Origin: Clostridia bacterium
GTDB lineage: Bacteria > Bacillota > Clostridia > Oscillospirales > CAG-272
Assembly: GCA_017504605.1 (NCBI GenBank)
Contig: JAFVQW010000041.1
Span: 10,391-74,390 of the forward strand
Reading direction: 5' to 3'
DNA: 64,000 nt
The translations under genes and the position numbers were made by a program. Shown piece by piece: positions 55,789 to 63,254 of this stretch. Below the pieces are notes generated by a model. The model saw only the letters and a list, made by a program, of their open reading frames with translations. It had not been told where the DNA came from and did not search any database. Each line of letters starts with the position of its first letter. The stretch's first letter is position 1.

Positions 55789-56170
55789 CCTCCACTGTTC
55801 TAAATCCAAGCCGACGAAGGAGGCTTGGTATGGCATCACGCGTTAGCGTGTATGGAATCCCGACTTCGTCGGGTATGGCATCAGCCGAGGGGCTGTATTT
55901 CGTCGGCTTGATTCCATGCCGTCTGAGACGTATTCCATACCGCCACAAGTGGCGGATTCCATCCACGGCTTCGCCGTGATTTGAAGAAAACTAAAGCTTA
56001 TAACCTCCACTGTTCTAAATCCAAGCCGACGAAGGAGGCTTGGTATGGCATCACGCGTTAGCGTGTATGGAATCCCGACTTCGTCGGGTATGGCATCAGC
56101 CGAGGGGCTGTATTTCGTCGGCTTGATTCCAAGCCGTCTGAGACGGATTCCATACCGCCATGGGCGGACT
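55789..56170. repeat. Two tandem copies of the type A hairpin-punctuated repeat element
   Basis: Copy A is about 55789-55987 and copy B about 56004-56170. Both start cctccactgttctaaatccaagccgacgaaggaggcttggtatggcatc and carry 3 forward GTATGGMATC units and 2-3 reverse GATTCCATAC-like units. They are homologous to 376..647. Confidence 0.85.
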
Positions 56171-56224
56171 GCTCTAAAAATGCATAATGCAGAATTCATA
56201 ATGCATAATGCATAATTAATTAAT

Positions 56225-56237
56225 TTAGTTCGCAAAT
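56225..56237 (+). promoter_or_regulatory. Conserved TTAGTTCGCAAAT motif upstream of P5
   Basis: Identical to 690..702. Preceded by AT-rich ATAATGC repeats (56180-56215). Confidence 0.3.
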
Positions 56238-56272
56238 CCCAAATATAAAACAATCAAGAAAGGAAAAGCAAG

Positions 56273-59200
56273 ATGAAAAAAATCAGCAAAATCCTTGCCG
56301 TGCTTCTGATGCTCTGTCTCGTTCTTACGGGAATCGTGCTTACCGTGAGTGCAGATGAGCCCGCAGCAGCATCGGCACCCGCCGCTCCCGACTTTTTGCC
56401 CGAGAGCGTGACGGCAACTCCTGATGCTTCGCTTTCCGGCTACGCTTACGTAGTCTATGCGAGCGAGGCTGACTTCAACGCCGACCTCGATAACGGTGTT
56501 ATCGACGGTATGGTTGACGGCACAAGCGTTCTCACCGCGACAGGCGCGGCGACAACCGACGGCACGGAGGCAGTGCTTACTATGCCTACGACAAGCGCCT
56601 ACGTCTACCTGCTTCAGAACGTAAATACGGGAGCAACCGCCTTCACAACTAAAGGAATTACCCTTCAGATTAACTTTGGCGGAAAAACCCTTACGTTCAA
56701 CAACTCTAACAACATCCAGGGAACCTCTGCGGTGGCAGGAAAATATGCCTTCTTCAACGGTACTTTCGTTGACGGCTTTAACGGCGCCCACGGCACCTTC
56801 CGTACGGGCTACCTCATAAACATAGCGCTTCGCGACCTTAATGTGTCGAGCACTCGCACCTGGGGCAACTCGAGAACCTTCGCTCTTGAGAGTAACGCGA
56901 ACGTATATGCAGAGGACGTTACGGTAGATTACACAAAATCCACCAAGGGTTTGTTTACCATTAATACTACGGGATTCGCAAACATAACCCTTAAGAACCT
57001 TGACTACGCGGGCAAGACTGCGAGCAACGGCGCGAGAGTTATTTTTGCGATCAATACATTCTCGAGCGCAACCCTCTATGCTGACGCTGACTGTAGCTTC
57101 AAGGGCCAGCTCTTCACTTGTACCGCTTCACCTGCGGCGCCTCTCGCCGCCACCTTTGAGAACGGCGTGAAGTTTGATAACGACGCCTATAATTCGCTCT
57201 CGAGCCAGCATTTTGCCTCCTCGTTCGTCGAGGACGGCTCGACGTTCATCGAGTCGAGTGATGCCGACTTTTCTTGGATAGTTGAACAGCCCGCTGCAAC
57301 GGTTAGCTGGTACGACGAGAACGGTACTCTCCTTGGCACCACGAGCCACGGTGTCGGCGCTACTCCCTCGTTCGAGTATGCTCCCCCCGCGGACTCCGCA
57401 AGCATTGAGGGTGATAAGGTTTACCTTCTCGGTAACGGCGGCTGGTCGACCACCGATGGCGGTACGGCTACCGAGATTACCGCTATTACGAGCGGCGAGA
57501 CCGAGAGAAGCTATTACTGCGTTCTCGCTAAGGTTGAGGCTGCGGTAGCTATATTCGAGGACGATACCTGCACTAAGCTTATCAGCGCATCTAGCGAAAA
57601 GAAGCTCTCGGGCGAGGTTATCAGCACGCTCCCCGAGGGTGCATACGTTCGCGCTTACACCGACCTTGATGCTGTCGGTAATTTCGAGAGCTATCTCGGA
57701 AGCATCACCGTTGACCTCGGCGGCAACAAGCTGACGCACGCGGGCACCTATTGGGCAACTCCCGCGGCGGGCGTTACCGTAACCGTCAAGAACGGTACCA
57801 TTGACATCGCAGGCACTTATACGAAGGTTATTAACGGTGCGGCTGCCGGAACCCTTAAGTTCCATAAGATAGACATCGTATCGGCGGGCGGCCCCCAGAT
57901 TGCAAACCTCAACGCGGGCAGCTTCATAATGGAGCTCGGCTCGATTGATACCACCGGCGCTCGGTACTACAGACCCTTCTTCATTGGTCAGGGTGCTACC
58001 GAGGCGGTTACCGCATCCCTTGAGTTCTACGGTGTATATCACCACGGCGAGTGGGGTGGCGGAAGCGGCGACATTTTCGTCACGCTCCAGTCGAAGGCAG
58101 GTGCCAATAACGATATAAAGGTTATCGTTGGCGACTACGAGGGCACCTACAGCTGGATTAGAACCGGATATCTTCTTCAGTTCTCTACCGCAAATCTCGG
58201 CGCCGAGTCCAAGTATGAGTTCGTATGCGACGGCGTATATCTCTACGGCGGTAACGCTCACGTAACCGGCAAGCCCACCTGGGGCGGTCTGACCTCTGCC
58301 GATCTCGACAAGCAGAACGTAAGCTTCTACTTCGATAACTTCATCGGCACGAGACCCGACTACTTCACGCACTCCGACAGCGCGCTTCTTACCACCGCGA
58401 CGGTGAACGTAAAGAGGTTCGAGATGGTATATACCGACGGCACCGATGAAGAGACCGGCGAGCCCATTTGGGATGAAGATTCCGCGGGCGGCGCTTTCAT
58501 GCCTCCCGAAGACCTTGGCATCCTTGCTAACCTCACGCTCTACAGCGACTTCCGTCTCAACTTCTATATTCCCGTAGACGGCGACGTCGTAAGACTCGCT
58601 TACGGCGATGCTCTTCTCTTTGATAAGGCGAACGGCATCGGCACCGACGGACTTACTTCCGACGGCAAGTACTACAAGGTTTCTCTTGCAGGCATAGCTC
58701 CGAACACCGCGGCAGCGAGCGTTGAGCTTCGCGTCGGCCTCGTCGAGAGCGACGTTTTCGCAACTCGTGACGGCGCGACCGAGGAGTTGACCTATTACTA
58801 TTACCTCACCGCTAAGTACTCGGTAGTTAACTACGTATCCGACCTTCTTGCCGGCACGACCGACGAGATTCAGGTTAACGCTATGAAGGCTATCATCGCT
58901 TACGTTGTATCGGCATACGACTACTTCTTCGAGGAGAGCAGCACCGAGGATGCTAAGTACGAGCTTCTTCTCTCTCTCTACGATAGCTGTGGCGTTGAAG
59001 ACTTCATCGCAGACTTCTATGAGAGTGCGGTGGCACCTGACAACGACACCGATTTCGCAGAGGGCACCGGCGTTACCGCTGCCTTCCAGATCGGTACCGT
59101 ATCTAAGCTCTACGTAACCTTCCCCGCAGGCTCCGAGTGGACCGTAAAGGGAGCGAACGTAGATAAGTCGGGCACGGGTGGCGAGTGCGTGATTAACCTT

Positions 59201-59395
59201 CCCGCATACGCTCTTACCGACGTGCTTACCATAACCGTTGGTGAGGCGACTGCTACCTTCTCCTTCGGTGAGTATGTAGAGTTCCTTATGACCGACGACA
59301 ACCCCGACGAATATCAGGATGCCGTGCTCGTTGCAATGTACGCTTACGGCGAGACTGCAAAGGCGCTCAAGGCAACCCTGCCCGAAAATGCATAA
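56273..59395 (+). CDS. P5: 1040-aa secreted protein of the P family (mosaic of P1-like ends and a P4-like centre)
   Basis: Signal peptide MKKISKILAVLLMLCLVLTGIVLTVSA/DEP resembles that of P1. The centre (WATPAAGVTVTVKNG...IDIVSAGGPQIANLNAGSFIMELG...YEGTYSWIRTGYLLQFS) resembles P4. The C-terminus (TAAFQIGTVSKLYVTFPAGSEW...LPAYALTDVLTITVGEATATFSFGEY) resembles P1. Confidence 0.9.
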   Translation: MKKISKILAVLLMLCLVLTGIVLTVSADEPAAASAPAAPDFLPESVTATPDASLSGYAYVVYASEADFNADLDNGVIDGMVDGTSVLTATGAATTDGTEAVLTMPTTSAYVYLLQNVNTGATAFTTKGITLQINFGGKTLTFNNSNNIQGTSAVAGKYAFFNGTFVDGFNGAHGTFRTGYLINIALRDLNVSSTRTWGNSRTFALESNANVYAEDVTVDYTKSTKGLFTINTTGFANITLKNLDYAGKTASNGARVIFAINTFSSATLYADADCSFKGQLFTCTASPAAPLAATFENGVKFDNDAYNSLSSQHFASSFVEDGSTFIESSDADFSWIVEQPAATVSWYDENGTLLGTTSHGVGATPSFEYAPPADSASIEGDKVYLLGNGGWSTTDGGTATEITAITSGETERSYYCVLAKVEAAVAIFEDDTCTKLISASSEKKLSGEVISTLPEGAYVRAYTDLDAVGNFESYLGSITVDLGGNKLTHAGTYWATPAAGVTVTVKNGTIDIAGTYTKVINGAAAGTLKFHKIDIVSAGGPQIANLNAGSFIMELGSIDTTGARYYRPFFIGQGATEAVTASLEFYGVYHHGEWGGGSGDIFVTLQSKAGANNDIKVIVGDYEGTYSWIRTGYLLQFSTANLGAESKYEFVCDGVYLYGGNAHVTGKPTWGGLTSADLDKQNVSFYFDNFIGTRPDYFTHSDSALLTTATVNVKRFEMVYTDGTDEETGEPIWDEDSAGGAFMPPEDLGILANLTLYSDFRLNFYIPVDGDVVRLAYGDALLFDKANGIGTDGLTSDGKYYKVSLAGIAPNTAAASVELRVGLVESDVFATRDGATEELTYYYYLTAKYSVVNYVSDLLAGTTDEIQVNAMKAIIAYVVSAYDYFFEESSTEDAKYELLLSLYDSCGVEDFIADFYESAVAPDNDTDFAEGTGVTAAFQIGTVSKLYVTFPAGSEWTVKGANVDKSGTGGECVINLPAYALTDVLTITVGEATATFSFGEYVEFLMTDDNPDEYQDAVLVAMYAYGETAKALKATLPENA

Positions 59396-59408
59396 GGAGG
59401 GACGAAAA

Positions 59409-59519
59409 ATGAAAAAATATGAATCCCCCGAAATCGTAATTACGAACGTTAATTCCTCGGACATTATTACCGCATCCTACGGTACTACCCCTTGGCTTAA
59501 CGCGGAATTCGAATGGTAA
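59409..59519 (+). CDS. Conserved 36-aa peptide MKKYESPEIVITNVNSSDIITASYGTTPWLNAEFEW (second copy)
   Basis: AAGGAGGGA ribosome-binding site, 13 nt after the P5 stop. Same length, start and stop as 4856..4966, with a mix of synonymous and conservative differences. Confidence 0.7.
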   Translation: MKKYESPEIVITNVNSSDIITASYGTTPWLNAEFEW

Positions 59520-59523
59520 AACC

Positions 59524-59713
59524 ACGTTCCATATCCCCTCGCTCTCGGGCGAGGGGGATATGGAGTTATATTGCACCTTCGGTGCAGTTAGATTGAATTG
59601 AAGGTTGAAAGCCGAGAGTTGAAGGTGACCCTGTGCATTTTCAATTTTCCGTTTTCCATTTTCAATTAAAAAAGCGCTATATGCGCAATCTATAAAAGCC
59701 TATGGAGGTTCTT
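59524..59713 (+). repeat. Conserved intergenic cassette, copy 3 (diverged, shorter) upstream of P6
   Basis: Same big hairpin (59529..59563). Only one AGTTATATT/hairpin unit (gcacc-ttc-ggtgc). Same gttgaa...ttttcaattttccgttttccattttcaatt arms. A gcgc-tatat-gcgc hairpin replaces gcgcgc-aca-gcgcgc. Confidence 0.8.
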
Positions 59714-62700
59714 ATGAAAAGAAAGATGAAACTTGGAGCTGTAATTCTCGCGCTCTCGCTCGCACTCTCGTCACTGCTCGCCGTGGCTATCCCGTCGGCC
59801 GCCGTGACCGAAGAGACTCCCGCTCCCGCGGATAGCACCGAGAGACTCGAGCCGACGGGTGCACTCGAGGGATATTACTACGCCCTGTATAGCACCGAGG
59901 ACGATTATCTTTTCGATATCGCCGACGGAGCGCTTGACGGCGTCGGACACGGCGACTACGGCGAGGAGGAGACTCTTATCGATAAGACTGTCGGTAAAGC
60001 GAGTCCCCTTATAGCGCTTCCCGCCGCGAGGAGCTTCTATATTCTCGTTCTTTCTAAGGACGTCGAGATTACCAATAAGGAGGTCGCGCTTGCCTCTAAT
60101 CGCGTGTGCGTGCTCGACCTTAACGGATATAATCTGCATATAACCACGACCACGAGCGCCTTCACCACGGTCAGCGTAGGCGATACCAGGACTCAGCTTA
60201 CCTCTGCCGACTTTACCGTCAAGAACGGTACCATATATAACGAAAGCACCAGGGCGGGCCAGATATTCTCGGTCCGTATGGGCTCCTTCTTGACCTTCGA
60301 GGACGTCGTGATTGATGGCAGAGATGGGGGTGCTGCCTCCTTCGTTCAGGACTTCGGCGGCGATATAACCTTCAGAAGATGCGATTATTATGCACCTTCG
60401 AATGCGTCACTTATAGACGTCAATTCGACACCCCTTGCCGAGTACGACAACTGCGTCTGCAATGCCTGTCAGTCGCGCCCGAACATTTCTACGCTTCTTC
60501 CGTTTAAGAACACCTACACCTTCGACGGCTTTAATTACTACGGCGACGACAACCCTCAAGGTATAACCTACGTCCGTCCGCAGTCGCACGCGAACGACGA
60601 CGGATTGGGCAAGCCCCTCGTAGACGTTATCATCAAGGGCAACTCCTCCTTCGTCGGCCAGGTGTTCGGAATACATAAGCACGGCGAGGGCACGAGGCTC
60701 AACGTCCAAATAGAGGAGGGCACTCGCTTCGACCGTAAGCTTACGCTCCCCAAGCTTAATACAGATAAGATAACCGTTTACGTTGCGACCTACGTAGACA
60801 AGGCGGGCAACGAGATAGATGAGCCCGTCTTCGGCTCCTCGGGACTTCCCGAGTATCCCTATCAGCTCGGCACGGGACTCTGCAAGGTAAGCTGGTACGG
60901 CTTCGACGGCAAGCTCGTCGACGTAACCGAGCTCGTAAAGGGCGCTTATCCCGTCTATACCGGCTACGTAGCTCCCGCAACCCAGAAGCCCTCCATGAAC
61001 GAAGAGGGCGAGCCCGTTATAAAGGAGCACGACTATTGGTCTCTTACCGAGGGTGGCGAGCCCCTTCCCGGCACGCCTCTTGATTCCGATACCGCCGCCT
61101 TCTACTCGGTGCCGAGGGACGTTCATCCGTCCGTTGCGATATTTGACGCTGAGGGCAAGCCTACCGATGCCTCGGTTACTCCCGTTCTCAGTGCAGAGCT
61201 GCTCGGCGCTATGACAGACGGCGCGCTCGCACGCATTTACACCGATGCTTATATAGCAGATGCACAGAGCCTGGTCGTTAATGCGAGCGTTACTCTTGAC
61301 CTTAACGGCTACACGCTCTCCCTTATCACTAAGGACGGCGAGACCGCGGCCTTCCACACCCCCGCGGCAGGGCTTACCCTTACCGTTGAGGACGGAACTA
61401 TTTATTCCGAGGGCGCTGTGGCAATCGCCGGCGCGGGTGACGGCACTGTGAGACTTAATAACGTAGAGCTTAAGTGCTTCAATTCCTCGGCTATTGACCT
61501 CTCGGTCGGCAGAGTGGAGCTCTACGGCGGTATGCTTAACGTCGATACGCTGAAGAAGGGCGTGTCGGGTATTCTTCTCGGCAAGGCGGGCGGAAGCTGC
61601 TCGCTTGCTATCTGTGGCACCGTTATCGACGTTATGGGCGTCGGTAAGGAAAGCTACGCTATAGAAATTAATTCTCTTCCCGAGGAAGGTGAGAGCTCGG
61701 TTATCTCGATAGAGCTCGGAGCGGCGGACGGCGTTTCGCCGAGACTTCTCGGCGGCAGCCTTATCTACGTTGCCCCCGCCTCGGAGAGCACCCTTCGCGC
61801 GAGCCTCACCGTTGACAGTGCTGATCTCGCCTCCTTCGGAACTCTCACTACCTTCGCCGACGGCGTGTCGCCGAGCGAGCTGCCGGTTACCCTCGTCGGT
61901 ACGGCGCGCATCAGCCGCCAGCCTGACGGACACACCGTTCTCGCGGAGGACGGTAGCTTCATCGTCAGCCTTGAGAGCGACGAGAACACTCTCGCTATCA
62001 CGAACGCTAATCTCACGGCCTACAAGAGCTTCAGCGTTTGGCGCGACCTTATTATGAACGTCTATATTCCTGTCGATAGCGATATCGACAGGGTTACCGT
62101 GAACGGCACGGTCGTATTCGATTCGAGCCTCGCGGCCTTCTACGAAACCGCGGTGCACGACGGCGTGCGCTGCTACCTCGTCAGATACACCGAGCTTAAG
62201 ATTAACCGCGCGCTTGACGGCATCAAAACCGTGCTCGCGGTTGACAGAGAAGACGTTGCAATTGCCGCTCACGAGGAGTTTGACCTTCTCGACTATTCCG
62301 CATCGGTTATATCCGGCGATTACGTAGACGAGGCAAAGGCACTTATTCACGCTATCCTCTCGTACGTGAAGGCGGCGTACGGATACTTTAACCCCCGCCT
62401 CACCGAGAGCGACACGGCGGCTCTTCTTAGACTCGACGAGCTCCTCGACAGCGAGATATTCGGCAAAATCGACCTCGCTACCGAGAAAGCGGGAGAGAGC
62501 GACGCATCTCTTTCCGAACTGTCCGATTATATTTCGAGCGTGCAGCTTCGCGTTGCGGGTGGCGTATATCTCACCCTCAACCTGACCGAGGCGGGCAGGA
62601 GTGCTCCGCTTACCGTCAGTGACGAGGACGGTGTGATCTTCGAGACCGCGGGTGTCGGCACCGACAGCGTTGAGATAGAGCTCGGACATCTGAGTATCGC

Positions 62701-62929
62701 TGACGTCCTCACCGTGAGTGTCGGCGAGCAGAGCGGCAGCTTCAGCCTCGCGGCCTACAGAGCGGCGCTTGTCGGCGTATGGGGCGACGAGCTCCAGGGA
62801 CTTTCCGACGTGCTTCTTGCACTGGAGAGGCTCGGTGTAGCCTCGGAGACCTACGAGGCCCGTATGGGCGGCGAAATGGAAGACGTTGGCGGCGATACGC
62901 CCGTCATCGATGCACCGCTAAAGCGCTGA
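59714..62929 (+). CDS. P6: ~1071-aa secreted protein of the P family (most divergent member)
   Basis: Ribosome-binding site ggagg 5 nt before the ATG at 59714. Signal peptide MKRKMKLGAVILALSLALSSLLAVAIPSAA. Motifs: YYALYSTEDDYLFDIADGALDG, VLDLNGYNLHIT, VSWYGFDGKL...YWSLTEGG, TLDLNGYTLSL, HTPAAGLTLTV, IMNVYIPVDS. Confidence 0.9.
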   Translation: MKRKMKLGAVILALSLALSSLLAVAIPSAAVTEETPAPADSTERLEPTGALEGYYYALYSTEDDYLFDIADGALDGVGHGDYGEEETLIDKTVGKASPLIALPAARSFYILVLSKDVEITNKEVALASNRVCVLDLNGYNLHITTTTSAFTTVSVGDTRTQLTSADFTVKNGTIYNESTRAGQIFSVRMGSFLTFEDVVIDGRDGGAASFVQDFGGDITFRRCDYYAPSNASLIDVNSTPLAEYDNCVCNACQSRPNISTLLPFKNTYTFDGFNYYGDDNPQGITYVRPQSHANDDGLGKPLVDVIIKGNSSFVGQVFGIHKHGEGTRLNVQIEEGTRFDRKLTLPKLNTDKITVYVATYVDKAGNEIDEPVFGSSGLPEYPYQLGTGLCKVSWYGFDGKLVDVTELVKGAYPVYTGYVAPATQKPSMNEEGEPVIKEHDYWSLTEGGEPLPGTPLDSDTAAFYSVPRDVHPSVAIFDAEGKPTDASVTPVLSAELLGAMTDGALARIYTDAYIADAQSLVVNASVTLDLNGYTLSLITKDGETAAFHTPAAGLTLTVEDGTIYSEGAVAIAGAGDGTVRLNNVELKCFNSSAIDLSVGRVELYGGMLNVDTLKKGVSGILLGKAGGSCSLAICGTVIDVMGVGKESYAIEINSLPEEGESSVISIELGAADGVSPRLLGGSLIYVAPASESTLRASLTVDSADLASFGTLTTFADGVSPSELPVTLVGTARISRQPDGHTVLAEDGSFIVSLESDENTLAITNANLTAYKSFSVWRDLIMNVYIPVDSDIDRVTVNGTVVFDSSLAAFYETAVHDGVRCYLVRYTELKINRALDGIKTVLAVDREDVAIAAHEEFDLLDYSASVISGDYVDEAKALIHAILSYVKAAYGYFNPRLTESDTAALLRLDELLDSEIFGKIDLATEKAGESDASLSELSDYISSVQLRVAGGVYLTLNLTEAGRSAPLTVSDEDGVIFETAGVGTDSVEIELGHLSIADVLTVSVGEQSGSFSLAAYRAALVGVWGDELQGLSDVLLALERLGVASETYEARMGGEMEDVGGDTPVIDAPLKR

Positions 62930-62942
62930 TTAGCAGTTAGAC

Positions 62943-63003
62943 CTTGAGTAAAGCGCAGGCAACACCCAAGCTCTTGCAGATGCAAGCCTGCGCTAAGCTC
63001 AAG
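62943..63003. other. Long imperfect inverted repeat downstream of P6
   Basis: cttgag-taa-agcgcaggc (62943-60) pairs with gcctgcgct-aag-ctcaag (62986-63003). The loop contains a ttgca-ga-tgcaa mini-hairpin. Confidence 0.6.
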
Positions 63004-63020
63004 TCCTTATAAAAACAGAA

Positions 63021-63065
63021 AGAGATAACAAATCGGTTGGCAGCCGAAATGTTATCTCTTTTTTG
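63021..63065 (+). terminator. Rho-independent terminator after P6
   Basis: agagataaca-(loop)-tgttatctct followed by tttttg. Confidence 0.7.
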
Positions 63066-63081
63066 TCGTTTTTAGTTTAGA

Positions 63082-63227
63082 GTTATGAGGCTCGCTCCTC
63101 TCGCCGTTATGAGCTTGCACAGCAAGCGTTATGATATGATTGCCTTTGTAGTTTATAACTTGGCGAAGCTAATCATAACAATGCGAAGCATTTCATAACT
63201 CATAACTTGCCCGTAAGGACAATCATA
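63082..63227. repeat. Hairpin-punctuated repeat array, type C (GTTATGA x3, then inverted TCATAAC x3)
   Basis: GTTATGA at 63082, 63106 and 63128. TCATAAC at 63173, 63193 and 63200. Spacers include gcttgc-aca-gcaagc and aatgc-gaa-gcatt mini-hairpins. Confidence 0.7.
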
Positions 63228-63254
63228 GTTAAGCGCGATTGTCCGTTAAGGACA

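Noticed and set aside
742-62929. Cell-wall anchoring or cellulosomal signals in P1-P6 (LPXTG, SLH, dockerin, lipobox)
   Set aside because: There is no LPXTG plus hydrophobic tail at any C-terminus and no SLH triplet. The N-terminal DG-rich motif (D.ENGVIDGLVDG) is single-copy and does not fit the duplicated dockerin calcium loop. LALC in the P1 signal peptide has Leu at -1, so it is not a canonical lipobox.
742-62929. Diversity-generating retroelement or phase-variation switch acting on the paralogs
   Set aside because: The window contains no reverse transcriptase, no template/variable repeat pair with adenine-specific differences, no invertase and no homopolymer tract at the starts. The variation is better explained by paralog recombination.
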